A stretch of 64,000 nt of DNA from the NCBI RefSeq assembly GCF_023055435.1, contig NW_025963868.1:21576001-21640000 (forward strand), given 5' to 3'. A model generated the notes under the pieces. That model was not told the DNA's origin and made no database searches. It saw nothing but the letters and a program-made list of their open reading frames with translations. Position 1 is the first letter of the stretch. The number at the start of each line of letters is the position of its first letter. The translations under genes were made by a program, and so were the position numbers. Of this stretch, positions 39,425 to 52,137 are shown in pieces. This stretch comes from Haliotis rufescens (lineage: Eukaryota).

Positions 39425-40480
39425 ATCAGTGTGAGTGTGTTGATCACCCTGTGTGAGCGTGTTGATCCCCCTGTGTGAGTGTGTTGATCCCTCTGTGTTA
39501 GTGTGTTGATCCCTCTGTGTTAGTTTGTTGATCCCTCTATGTGATTGTGTTGATCCCCCTGTGTGAGTGTGTTGATCCCTCAATGTGAGTGTGTTGATCC
39601 CCCTGTGTGAGTGTGTTGATCCCTCTATGTGAGTGTGTTGATCCCTCTATGTGAGTGTGTTGATCCCCCTGTGTGAGTGTGTTGATCCCCCTGTATGAGT
39701 GTGTTGATCCCCTTGTATGAGTATGTTGATCCATCTGTGTGAGTGTGTTCATCCCTCTGTGTGAGTGTGTTGATCCCTCTGTGTGTGTTCATCCCTCAAT
39801 GTGAGTGTGTTCATCCCTCTGTGTGAGAGTGTTAATTCCTCAATGTGAGTGTGTTGATCCCCCTGTGTGAGTGTGTTGATCCCTCTGTGTGAGTGTGTTG
39901 ATCCCCCTGTATGAGTGTGTTGATCCCCCTGTATGAGTGTGTTGATCCCCCTGTATGAGTGTGTTGATCCCCCTGTGTGAGTGTGTTGATCCCCCTGTAT
40001 GAGTATGTTGATCCCTCTGTGTGAGTGTGTTAATCCCTCTGTGTGAGTGTGTTGATCCCTCTGTGTGCGTGTGTTGATCCCTCTGTGTGCGTGTCTTAAT
40101 CCCTCTGTGTGAGAGTGTTGATCCCCCTGTGTGCGTGTGTTGATCCCTCTGTGTGAGTGTGTTGATCCCCCCGTGTGAGAGTGTTGATCCCTCTGTGTGA
40201 GTGTGTTAATCCCTCTGTGTGAGTGTGTTGATCCCCCTGTGTGAGTGTGTTGATCCCTCTGTGTGAGTGTGTTGATCCCTCTGTGTGGTTGTGTTGATGC
40301 CTCTGTGTGAGTGTGTTAATCCCTCTGTGTGAGAGTGTTGATCCCTCTGTGTGCGTGTGTTGATCCCTCTGTGTGAGAGTGTTGATCCCCCTGTGTGAGT
40401 GTGTTGATCCCCCTGTATGAGTGTGTTGATCCCTCTGTTTGAGTGTGTTTATTCCACTGTGTCAGTGTATTGATCTCCTA
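39425..40480. repeat. 20-bp minisatellite (gtgtgagtgtgttgatccct variants, roughly 50 units)
   Basis: Directly visible. Confidence 0.95.
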
Positions 40481-41139
40481 CGTGTTTGGTAATCCTTTTT
40501 TTATGTTATTGTTATTCGTATTCATGGACCAGGTTGTGGTTGCAGTTACAGTACGTTCTTGTATATCGTATTAGAATCTATCTTCGTCCAGAATGGTTTA
40601 TAGTTTAAAAAAAATAAAATTTCAACTCGAAGGAATTAACATTAGAAAAATGTTTAACCCATTTTTTGACGGATGTTAATTTAAAGTAAAGTTTAGATAA
40701 ACCATTAGGTCCATTCCGTAACCCGTTCCTTCTTTTGGAACATGCCCAGTGTTTCCGAGAACGATGAGGGCCAATAGAACTAGCCTGAGTGCATGTTTTA
40801 CAACCTATAATCCTGTTTCCTGTTTTAGAAAATGACCTAACTGTTTAGGCTGGCTATCAACAACCACTGTGTGCGGGCAAAGAAACACACTTGGGTTAAC
40901 TGAAGTATAGAATCATATTTGTGCAATCTATAGGCATACTGTAAAATCAATAAACAAGAGTCGATTCAGTTAAACGGCGGAGCCTGCCTCTCCCGGTGAT
41001 TTGGGAAATAATGCCCCGAGGAATAATATCCTATTTCAGAAGTTTAGTCTCCTTGCAACCAGTGAACCTGTTAATAATGATCCCATCTCATTCAGATGAA
41101 TGCTCCTTCGGGCCTCCTAGGAAGAATGATTGACTCGTG

Positions 41140-41560
41140 TTTTACGCCGTTGGAACTGCCTGAATATTGCTAGACATGGCGGTAAAGTTGAAGTAACCCT
41201 TCTTGCCATACAGTCTCACGGTGGACATAGTTTTGTCACTCTGAATCATTATGCCTAAAACTGAGTATGAAACAGATGGATCGGCTCCACTGGACCCGTT
41301 TATTTCTAGCTTAGCTGGGCACATCAGTGGAAAGGAATTGGCTATCTGGCCATTACTGAACGATATGAGATCATCGATATATACTTGAAGCCTACGTACG
41401 TTTGGCCAACTGCCCATATTTTGATTTTGACCAGTAGAAGTTTCAATTCATATGCATAAAGTAACAAATCAGCAAAATGGAAGCACAGTTAGTGTCTAAG
41501 GGGGGTGCCGTAGTGTTTTATCCCCACATTTCACGCACAGGTTATCACTGACGTTGCATT
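41140..41560 (-). pseudogene. Penelope-like reverse transcriptase fragment
   Basis: With frameshifts reads GTPLDTNCAS../ADLLLYAYE...VYIDDLISFSN...PAKLEI...SVSY...RLYGKKGYFNF...SSNI, matching the Penelope-like RT pattern GIPMGTNCAP-LADLFLY-YE / YIDD / LYDKRDDFNF. Confidence 0.8.
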
Positions 41561-42347
41561 GTTTTCTTAGTAAACTTCAGATGACAAATTGGTGAACAAA
41601 TTGCCCCGAACCCTTGACGAGAGAGATGCAAGTATATCTATGGTCACCACGTGTTGTAACGAATCCCTCATCCATTACAGGATGAAGTTTTTTCTAAAGG
41701 CAGCCGTGTTGGATTGTTGTACCAAGTGGAAGTATCGACTGTTTTGTCTGTAATAAAGATGGTGGTTAATCTTTGGTGCTTCATTTGCTCGACGCATCTC
41801 TTTTCATCATTATCGGACTTCCCTGAAGTCGAAATCGAATAGGACAAACACCAATCAATATTTATTCAATCACTTCAGAGGCCACAGTACACATGACAAA
41901 GGTGTTGCACACAATTTTAACTAATATTTACGAATTTGGGTCTATATAACATTGCGTGGTATATAGTATATACATGGCAAAGTTTTTCATTATTAACTTA
42001 TCTAGACTGTTTAACAATGGTAAGAAATTCCCAATATTTGGTTAATTTGGATCAGTAGTAAACTATACATTTTTTCACAGTGGAATACAATGGACATACA
42101 AGTAAAAAAGGATATTCATCCTCCATATATATTGGCTATTACACATTTTACTGGTTCTGATCTTGGAGTTTTTGCAGTTTATGTATCCCATTCTTCGTGC
42201 ATAAATCATGGGATGAACATCGAAATGTTGCCATTGAATTACGGTATTTCTTTATACTTACATAAAACAGATGCTGTTCAGTGTATATATGAGTTTTCAA
42301 CATTCTATAATATAAAAATGTGTTCGATAATGAAAATGACCACCATT

Positions 42348-42519
42348 GCAGATAAATAGAGGTTACCACGCGAGTGTGTTTGGGGATGGTAAATATCCTG
42401 CATTAGGAATAAACATTGTATTTAGCGAGCCTTGGCGAGCTAAATACATAGTGTTTATTCCTAATACAGGATATTTACCATCCCCAAACACACAAGCGTG
42501 GTAACCTCTATTTATCTGC
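42348..42519. repeat. ~170-bp near-perfect palindrome (probable non-autonomous DNA element)
   Basis: gcagataaatagaggttaccacgc...gagccttggcgagc...gcgtggtaacctctatttatctgc. Confidence 0.9.
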
Positions 42520-43604
42520 TTTATCATATAATGTCATTCTTAAATTCTGTGCTTGAAAATAGCTCTCCCTCTCTCACAAACATTACCGAAACATTGCGAG
42601 TTTTCCTGGAATGCGCGCATTAATATTTATTACGTCACAGGGTAAGTGATGTGTCAGTCGGACTGTGACAGTAGCCAATATAGCTCCAACTAAAATCTGT
42701 TTCTTATACAGTGGCGAAGCAACAGATACGCAAAACAACAATTGTTTTTACTTGCATTTCGCGGCAATCCATCGGTCTGTCCGCTAGAGTAACTGCCCTC
42801 TGTCAAAGGGAAGCTACTCTAACCCGAGTCTTTGAGACGTCACGGCCACGTTCAGACGTTGTTGACAGTCGGTCTGTCCTGTCATAACGTCAAGTACAGT
42901 GACCACAGTCAGATGTACACAGAGCGACAAAACGAAACAAGGTAACAATTCAAACATATTTCGGCCAAATCAAACTATTTCAATTTGTGGAAAAGGTTTC
43001 AAGCCGCAGAGGTCGACAAGCACAGATATGGCTACTGATCCCACTTGGCTGGGCCTAGTGCCCTCGCAAAATTGTTTCGAAATTTATATCTCCAAAGTTG
43101 CCAAAAGTTATAAAATGCCTTAGCCACATCACAGTTAGACACTGATTTTCTGTATATTAGACTGTTCTTTTGATAATGATAGCAATTATCCCTTTAGTTT
43201 ATCCAGATTCCCGATGGTTAATTCTGATTCGATCGCCGAACGAAAAGGGCGACGCCATGTTGTTTGTAAACACTGAAAGTAGTCCCTACTTGACCTTTGA
43301 TATTTGCATCTCTATCCGCATATGACCCCAACGGATATCGTTTTTATCCGTTGGCTTTATCCTGCCGAGAAACCTACCCATTATATGATAAATATATTTT
43401 AGCCTCTGTGAAATAGAATTGATAAATGCACTTTCAGATTGTACAAATTGTTCACAACAAACATTTCCCCAAACACTATTCAATAACATTTTACACAGTT
43501 ACACAGTTATTCTTTCCATTCGTATCAAATAACATCATCATAACGTAACATTTCTCTTCTCATAAGACTCTTGTTTCTCAAACTTGAAGCCGTGATATTG
43601 TGGA

Positions 43605-43963
43605 TACTGTATTCGACGTAATAAGCGCCCCGCTCTAATAAGCGCCCACTTCGAGATTTGCTAATATATTGGCTAGTGAACAATCCCAATTAGCACCCCC
43701 CTCCGACCCCTAATTGCATATAATACGCACCGCTTCCTTCCCCTATTCGCGTATAATACGCACTCGTGTGTTATATGCACCCTTTATTATTGGCAATTAA
43801 ATTCTGGAAAAAAATATATCTGTCGTACTTAAACATTTCAGGCTGTCAGCTTAAACCACGAAATTTATCTTTCAACTTTTTTTTCACCAAAATAAAATTC
43901 TAATAAGAGCCCCCTATTTCTAAGTTTGTGAGCGCCCGGGCGCTTATTACGTCGAATACGGTA
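43605..43963. mobile_element. CCGTATT-family MITE (best-preserved copy)
   Basis: TIRs tactgtattcgacgtaataagcgccc / gggcgcttattacgtcgaatacggta. Confidence 0.88.
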
Positions 43964-44674
43964 AATCATTTCTCGTCACAACGAAAACTGGATTCAGATT
44001 TCGTGGCACTTTGATTGTATTCACCACTATTCACGTTTAAACACTACGTTTAAATTATGTTAAACCTTCTTAGTTTGGATCCATTAATCAAGGAATCCGA
44101 AAACCGAAAAACAGTATTGCTTTGAAGAGACCAAAGAGACAACAACATGATCACTGAGTCTCCATAAACATTTCACCATTAGCTCTTTCTGGTGTACTCC
44201 ATCTTTCATATACGTACACTTACATGAAGTGGGAACACATCTGTTATTGCAGATAGAGGTGGATCTGGTGCTATTTTCTCGGCATTGGTCCCTTTGGGTT
44301 TTGTAAGTTTCCAAGACATGTCTGCAACATCCCCCACCAGTACTAGATAGGATATCGGTTGATTTGCGATGCATCAATGCCTGTTAACCTAAAAAACATC
44401 CAGTCGATTGCCGATGCTTGAGATGGGGATTTGAAAAAGAAAAATCCATTTATGTTCTTTTGTCAACTTGCGAAAATATAAACAAATTTGTATCCGATGT
44501 TTTATATTCGTTTGGGAATCACCTTCAAGGCAGTAAATGTTTTTCTGTATTATCTTGTCACATCTCACTACCACTCTAACTGTCTACCGACAACAAATAA
44601 AAAACTCACGCCATATATCATCGGTTCTTAATTTGTATGACTGGCCCATTTATAATCATGTTAGCATTACAAAA

Positions 44675-45010
44675 ATTGCAAAGTGCGCTTTTCAAGAATG
44701 TCAATTTTCTTAGCGATAAACATCATCATTGAGTTTTGATCACGTGTTTACAAGCTGACTGAGGATCGACAGTCAGGTGACAGCGGGTGACTATATTTAG
44801 CAGCGTGTGCAGCGCACGTACATAACCAGCACGAACTGAAAGAAAAAAACAACAACACAGATTTAATATTTAAAGCGCTACTGACCAAGGTCACTACTAA
44901 AAATAACCCCTCGCAGTCACCCGACTGTCGATTCTTACCCGTATTGTAATGATAAACTCAATGATTATGTTTATCGCTTAGAAAGTTGACATTTCTAGCA
45001 CTTCGCTATA
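44675..45010. mobile_element. MITE with ~100-bp imperfect TIRs (paralog at ~59620-59970)
   Basis: aatgtcaattttcttagcgataaacatcatcattgag...atcgacagtc vs gactgtcgat...ctcaatgattatgtttatcgcttagaaagttgacatt. Confidence 0.75.
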
Positions 45011-45513
45011 TTTGTTATCGCTGTAAATAATGTTCCTTATATAAGTTCCTTTATAAGTATTTAGCACATATGCAGCTATCTTCGTTAATTCATTGTCGCG
45101 ATATTTCGTTATTCTTTTTCAGGTGGCAAAGACTATAGTATCCAGTGTGTGGTATTGGAGATTCGGGGCATGTAAGTGCTCTCTCCTTCAAGCATTTCCT
45201 GTAAACATAAACACAGGTTGATTTCAGGATATTACTCAGATTATAACCACAAAACGAACATTTTCGTTTGGACGAAATCCAATGTCTGACCTTAAATCAA
45301 TCAATATCCTTCGAATTCGAATTTCTCTGCAAAACGTTGTGTTCACTAGTACCATAATCGATTTCAATTCCAAGTCTGACCTGCATCAATGGTGGTTTTG
45401 AAGGTTTGGGTTCATGGATGCCATGTTTCAGCTATATTACGGTGAACTGTAGATCATCAGATCTTCCCTATGATAAAGCAGTGATTCATATTATGAGCGG
45501 CGTCACACGCCGG

Positions 45514-45785
45514 GTGTGTGTGTTTGGGTGTGTATGCGTGTGCGTTTTTGTGTTTGTTTATGTGTGTTTGTGTGCGTGTTTTTGTTTGTGTGTGTGTTTG
45601 TGTAAGGGTGTGTGTGTTTGTTTGTGTTTGTTTGTGTGTGTGTTTGTTTGTGTGTGTGTGTTTGTGTGTGTGTTTGTGAGTGCGTGTGTTTGTATGTGTG
45701 CGTGTTTGTATGTGTGTTTGTGTGTGTGTCTGAGTGTTTGCTGAAGGGTGTCTTAGTCGTTAGAGACGTGTGTGTGTGTGTGTAT

Positions 45786-45830
<45 letters not shown>
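45514..45830. repeat. Degenerate (GT)n tract followed by a ~31-nt poly-G
   Basis: Directly visible; the corresponding position in copy 2 is the N gap. Confidence 0.95.
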
Positions 45831-45831
<1 letters not shown>

Positions 45832-45839
45832 GGAGGATC

Positions 45840-48190
45840 TTAAGGAGCGATAGGAACTAACGTGTGTAGTCCACTGGTCGTTATAATGATGACATACAGC
45901 AAAGCCCTTAAATCTGGCAAATATCAACTCGTCCTTGTCATACATAGCGCAGGCGTAAGGCTGGCCTACTCGTCTAAGCAGGGAGGGGCGTTTTCTGTGC
46001 ATACTTGTGTCTCTCACATCTCTTGCATTGGTACACATCGTATCCCCTATTTTCCCATACGATATACATTCAAGACCCGATATACCCGAGTTGACCACAA
46101 GATGGCTAGTCGAACAGTTAAACCGTTCTGTAGGAACCTTTTTAGGCTTTTTTCAAGCCCTGCTGGATGTATCTCGTCGTTGTAAGGCTAAAGAGGAGAG
46201 TAAGACAATACTTACTCCTTGAGATGATATCGAATCTCTTGCTCAATCCCCAAAATGAAAAATAACCACTACATACAACCCATGGGTCTACCTTAAGAAG
46301 AATCTCACGTATTTAGAGACATTGATGTCAAATTGCAAGAGAGAGTGTGTACAGATCCGTTACTATCCGGGGAGAGAATAGGCCTTCAGCAACCCATGCT
46401 TGAGGCGAATAACAGCATCGGGTGGTCATCGTATCGCAAGTCCCTAGATCGATGATCATGATGTCAATCACTGGAATATCTGGTCCAGACTGATTTATCT
46501 ACAGACCGCCGTCATAGAGCTGAAATATTGCTTAGTACGGCGTTAAACATCAAACAAACAAACAAAAATATATCATTTTCCATATTGAAGGCTATATGGA
46601 TCATATCACAGATGGTCTCACATGTATGAGTGATTTAGGCACGTTAATTTGTGAAACCATTTCCCCTCAGAGAAAATACATAAGCAGGCAAAAGAAAGTA
46701 TACCCTTGAAAGTTGGATTTGACCAACAAATTACAAACGTCATCTGAACGTTACAAGGACGAAAGTTAAGGCCCAGTACACAGCTATGAAACCCGTATCA
46801 AATACATCACCATCGAATATCCAGTTCTTGTTTGTTTCATTTTTAGCCATCATCAAACATGGGTGTATGTTTCCTTTGCCCGACAGTTTACATGGTTTAA
46901 GAAAATAGCTATCTGCATATTTCATTACACCAATGTCGTCTGAACTGAAAAGAGTCCTCATTTGTTCATTAACGTTTTGCTTTTTACACAACTCAGCAAG
47001 ATGTCTTCTTCTTAGATGTTGCTAGCTAGCACAAATAGAAAAAGAACACATGATATATATCTTTGATATAACCACTACAGCCCTCTGTATACACTCCAAA
47101 GTACAACATCAATATTCTCAGCAGTATGAACTATATCTCCTAGCAAAATATGCAGATAATTCAGAATTTAACAAATGCTCATCTTAATGTTATAGACTGA
47201 ATATTTTTCAGGTTGTTGTTGAAACTTGATACAATCAGGATATGAGAGGACTTGTGAAGACGTAATCAGCTGAAACCAATTTTAGCGACACATGCCATAA
47301 AGTCTTTGTTTACTAACATACAAAAATAATAATGCATTTCCAATCTACTCTGAAATCCGCACGCAAGAATATCAGCACACAAATATACTTCAGACACACA
47401 CGTAGCCTTACCTGTTTCATTTAGTTGCTTCCACAACTTGTAACAGTGTATCGGGTTTCTATGTACATCCGTTCTTAACAATTTCGGATTCATATACATA
47501 TACATAATAGGTTCAGTTTTACAGTCATACAAATAGTAGGGAACGTAGAAATTTATATGAGATTGTTCTCCTTGAGTAATTTGTATGTTGGCATATTGGT
47601 CTAAGACGCTTGTAGAGCCAGATATTTGCCGGCCATATACCACAATAATCTGGAGCGTTATACCAAAAGACGTGAAGAGATGGTACTTGTTGTCACGGTA
47701 TCTCATTAGGCTTGCAATAAAATCGGTATTTGTTTGGACAAGTACAAGCGCACAAGATGATAATAAAACATTTAGCTAAAATTATATTTGTGTCAAAGCA
47801 TTACGAAACGGATGCCAGAATACCATGGGCTCAATCTTGAAGGATCAATTTTTCTTGGGGACACAGACTCCCAAATCACCCATCGGTAGTACGAAAAAGC
47901 AATGATTGAATGGGTCTCTTTAGCCGATAACGACAGAGTAAAAGGAGCATCGTTTGATGGAGCCCTGAGTTCATTAGACCATCTATTCTCAGGAGGGGAA
48001 TATTTCATCTCTAGACTGGCGATGTGAAGGTATGATTACAGTCAAGGACATTTCCTGGCAGTATTTTAGCCTATCTAATCACGCGTTCCCAAACCCAATG
48101 GCGATGATGCGATTTTCAAAGAAAAGTTGTAAAGTGTTCAGCGTTTTTGTGTGTGTAAATCTATAGATGGGAATAAACACGTAGGTTATT
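45840..48190 (+). pseudogene. Decayed coding-like sequence with family-B DNA polymerase-like motifs
   Basis: Collinear on +: CMSDL(G/V)TL (~46623), CNSV(S/*)G(F/I) (47439-47459), TDARI (~47808), FLGDTDS (47851-47871), MIEWVSL, RVKG; many stops and frameshifts. Confidence 0.4.
46353..46567 (+). mobile_element. SINE-A (shared with 61246-61449)
   Basis: Same insertion site and same internal deletions in both duplicates. Confidence 0.85.
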
Positions 48191-48192
48191 TA

Positions 48193-48348
48193 TGAGTGAG
48201 TGAGTAGGGTTTTACCCCGCTTTTAACAGTATTACAGTTATATCTCGGCGTGTCAGCTTAATGTGGGAGGAAAGTTTGAAGTGATGCAGGTCTCAGACGT
48301 TTACCACTTCGATGAAACCCACGAGCACGGGTACGGTGCTGACAAACT
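48193..48348 (-). mobile_element. SINE-C 3' half, truncated by a deletion
   Basis: Matches 63101-63256. Confidence 0.85.
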
Positions 48349-48349
48349 A

Positions 48350-50280
48350 AAGGACACCCATAATTGGAAGGTTGTGTGTTGTCATACCCACCACCTATGA
48401 CAGATGAACTATTATCATACGAGACAAACCAAGTAATTTCTTATGGGTAGCATATCAAAATCAACGCCAAATAACAATCAGTCTCGATAATCTCCCGAAA
48501 CAGATTCCAATAGGCGTAAAAGGTAAAATAGTGGTGACAGTTTTATGAATGGATCACCGAAAGTCACCCGTGACACTATGCGAAAATGGAAAGAAATCCC
48601 AATGTGACAAAATTATGATAAATGTTTAGTTTCAGCACTTTGGACTTTTTCACATTCTATTAAATCATTCTATGCTTGTGGTGATGTATTGCAATTGAGA
48701 CTGTCTTCGCTTGTTTGCTGTTAATCAATACACACGAGACACTATCCAGCTACACGTCTCGGCGATCTCTTACGCTGAGCACAGAATGCATATTATGCCG
48801 ATATACATCTGAAACTTCAGTTTAAGGTGGAACGTTTCTTGTACAGCCGATATCATGCATTATTCACACCCTTCTTGATAGGAAATATTCATACAATTGA
48901 CAAATGTGTTTGCAGTGTCAGGTTATATAGCATATATCTCATACCAGAAAGAGGTGCAAGCGAACGTCACACCAACAAGGGACTTGTGGAGATGGGAGTT
49001 TTGTGGAGGAAACAAGGAGAATTATGTAAATGCGCTAAGCTAGACACAATAAATAAAACATGAAATTCATCTTCGAAGAAACCACCACACCTCTTTGTAA
49101 ACAGACAATAGTCGAGGCCGAAGAAAAAGATCCATAATTCTTCCCCTTGAATACTTTGTATATTGTTATAATTGTTTAAGTGGCATGTATAGCTAGCTGT
49201 TTTCTAACCACAGACCACATTAATCTGGAAGAAACATTCTTACATATGACAACATTTAAGACAATATTACAGCATGTCTATTTCTCATGCTTAGTACGAA
49301 TGCCACCATTTCTAAATGCCTTTGTGTTATCCTGACTTACTTCTTATTTGGTACTAAACGATTGAAAAACATTTATTGAGAAATTTAATTTGTGTCCAAG
49401 CATGTTTGAATCGGAGGACAGAATACCATGGACTCATTTTCCTGGGCATACAGACTCTCTAATCACCGGTCGGCGTCACGGAGAAGCAATGATTGAATGA
49501 GTCTCTTTAGCCAATAGTGACAGAGTGAAGGGAGCATCGTTTGATGGAACCCCGGCTTCTTTAGACCATCCATTCTCAGGAGGAGAATATTTCATCTCTA
49601 GACTGGCGATGTGAAGTTCTGATTCCAGTCAAGGACATCTGTAACCAACCATGGGATCAGTGACCTTAGGTGAAAGATCTTGACTTCTTGATATATTTTA
49701 AAACTACACTTTCACTGGACTATACAAATACAATTCACCTGCTTCAATGCATATATATTTCTAAGATGCATTGGCAGCCAACATTTGGACTCTTTTTCTG
49801 CAAAGTCTTATTTTCAGACTTAAAACAGTTCATGTAATGGTTGCAGTTTTTAAATATAATATCTGCTAAATTTAAAGTAGACATGTAAGCTGAAAAGGTT
49901 TGAAATGGTTTTATTACATTACGAACTAACGAGAGTGAAAAAGGATATTTACATAAATATATATTTACAGATGGGAACAAAAAAGTAAATTTATGAAGTG
50001 CGTTTTCATCAGCTCGATGGCAAGCATGTTTCAACCTCAAACGAATGGTTCTTTTTCTGGTGGTAGGTCATTTAGTTACAGGGAAATGTTCGCAGATGAT
50101 GTGGCCATGGTTATCGTAACACGAGAAACTTGATGCACCCATCGATGACACCAGGTCTTCACGAAATTTGGAAGAAATCACAATATGACAAACTAACAAA
50201 CTAATTATGATTATTTTATTTATTATTCAATAAAGTTTAAGCATTTTGAACAAGTTTACATCATATAAATACAATGATTT
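48350..50280 (+). pseudogene. Further rearranged paralogous blocks of the coding-like family
   Basis: 48350-49030 ~ 53730-54390; 49035-49112 ~ 47020-47102; 49250-49640 ~ 52325-52735; 49985-50270 ~ 52870-53105 joined to 53955-54070. Confidence 0.6.
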
Positions 50281-50287
50281 CTTCTGA

Positions 50288-50690
50288 CACATGTTCGATA
50301 GGCGACAGATGCGGGGAAACAGCAGACCGAGGGAATGTAGGGAAGTTCTGATGTTAAATGAAGTCTGTGATCACACCTGCAACCTGTAAAGTGACGTGAC
50401 GTCCTTGGGTCTCAAGGAACTGGAGTACCCTGAGGATGGATAATGTCGTCATGGTGCCGTACACTTGTCGATTTCCATCGATGACCACTAGAGAGTCCTG
50501 TGATGTGCAGTGATACCTCCTCGTGATACCATGTTTCCAATGTAGGACTGTAGGCTACCTGTATATCTCACCTCGTCAAAGTGTATTAGTAACTGAACGT
50601 ACTGCTTTGCTGTCTCCGCGACATGTATGAACGCTTCAAGTATAGTAGTCAGGTCACTGTGCCCCCTGAGTTGCGTTCTTTAGTCGTGTC
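50288..50690 (-). pseudogene. Tc1-like transposase fragment, decayed
   Basis: Nucleotide similarity to ~55150-55340 (minus strand reads ...SP(H/D)LSPIEHV). Confidence 0.6.
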
Positions 50691-51590
50691 AGAAACCTAG
50701 ATTCGCACTATTATTGATATTTACTCGTAGTTTGTCAGCACCATGTAAAGATAAACGTTTCGCATCATAATCACTCGGTGCCTTCCTCCCAAACCACCCT
50801 GACATGTCATTTCTTTACTGAAACATTGCCCAGAGAGGTGGTAAATGTCACGCACTATTTTAGGAGAGCCTGAGGAATAGCAGCCTGTGTCCGAACGTTC
50901 ATGGTCAATGGGAGAAACAAAAGTACAATCACATCGTCAACAGTAATCCACATGAAATGAAATACCACAAGACAATATACAAATGTCATGTATTCACATC
51001 TGTCAAGATGGCATCCATTTCGTTTGGAATCTTGTCTTTAATGTCACTGACATTCGAGTATATATGCCCCAAAGGCTTTAACCTTTCATTTCCAGATCCG
51101 CGGAGATGGTTTTCACGTATCAAAGATGCCCTAAGGAATTGTGTTCACTTTGTTTGTCATGTCGTTCACGTACTGTATGCATCCCTTAATTGTTAGTTGT
51201 CCTGGTAAAGCAACTCTGGTGATTCCATAACGAGTTACTATTTATTGAAGAACATTATTATTTGGACACGACTAATATGGTGTCTCCCCAAAACGCATGC
51301 AATATTTCCATGGATACACACATAACTTTCATGAGCTCGAACTCCGGATCGAAGGATTCGCAACCTTCAACTCACAACCAATTAACTCCTCAAAGAACAC
51401 CACCTTAATTAAACCACACAGTATTTTGTTGAGAAACGTCACGAAACAAAACAGCAAACACCATTTGAAATTTCATCCTGTGTATTGTAACTTACAGGTA
51501 ATCTCAGTTTCCTAATGTTTACCAGCTGTTTGGTGAACAATTGGGGAATGTATTGGTCAAACATACGTCAGTGCATACGTGGGGTCAATC

Positions 51591-52006
51591 ATATCTCCTG
51601 TGGGAGCCAGTTTTGGATGATAATAAAGAATCTCACCCGAGTGTCTTTTGATATCAAATATATCGACACGAGTTGATAAAAGTGGGAAAACTCTGAGGCT
51701 TGCCGAGGATTTTTCCACTTTTATCAACGAGTGTTGATATATTTGATATCAAAAGACACGAGAGTGAGATTTTATTTATCATCCAACATCATTCTTCCAA
51801 TTTTTTCAGTTTGTAGAAAGTAATAAGCAGTGCCTTAAGTGTAACAAGCACTGCTAACAGCTTCAGTAGCAGAGCCATTAGTGATGTCATTTGATTGTGA
51901 CGTCATGGTAGCCAATGAAGTCACAATGGTCTACAAAGCATTGTGATGCAATTTCATTGATCTCATCCAAGCGATATCTCCTGTGTGAGCCAGTTTTGGA
52001 TGATAA
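51591..52006. mobile_element. Element with ~175-bp internal palindrome (~51612-51787) and ~33-bp terminal direct repeats
   Basis: atatctcctgtg(g/t)gagccagttttggatgataa at 51591 and ~51974; palindrome centred on gaggcttgccgag. Confidence 0.75.
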
Positions 52007-52137
52007 AACGATCTACATCCATCCATAATAATTTTGGATCTATGTAGAATAGGTGCAATTTTACAGTCCAACATTTTCAAGACCACAGGGTCCGTGTCTT
52101 TTATTGTAGTTCAATAAAAGTTGAATATGACAAGCTT

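Larger units (their letters stand above)
44140..48420 (+). repeat. Segmental duplication, copy 1 (paralog of 59110-64000)
   Basis: Colinear high similarity, including shared MITE, SINE-A and SINE-C insertions. Confidence 0.9.

Noticed and set aside
45406-45860. Cys/Val-rich and poly-Gly ORFs
   Set aside because: Translation of a GT microsatellite and poly-G.
47266-47706. 146-aa minus-strand ORF as an intact gene
   Set aside because: The paralog at ~62170-62660 is frameshifted and no motif is recognised; kept only as a caveat on strand assignment.
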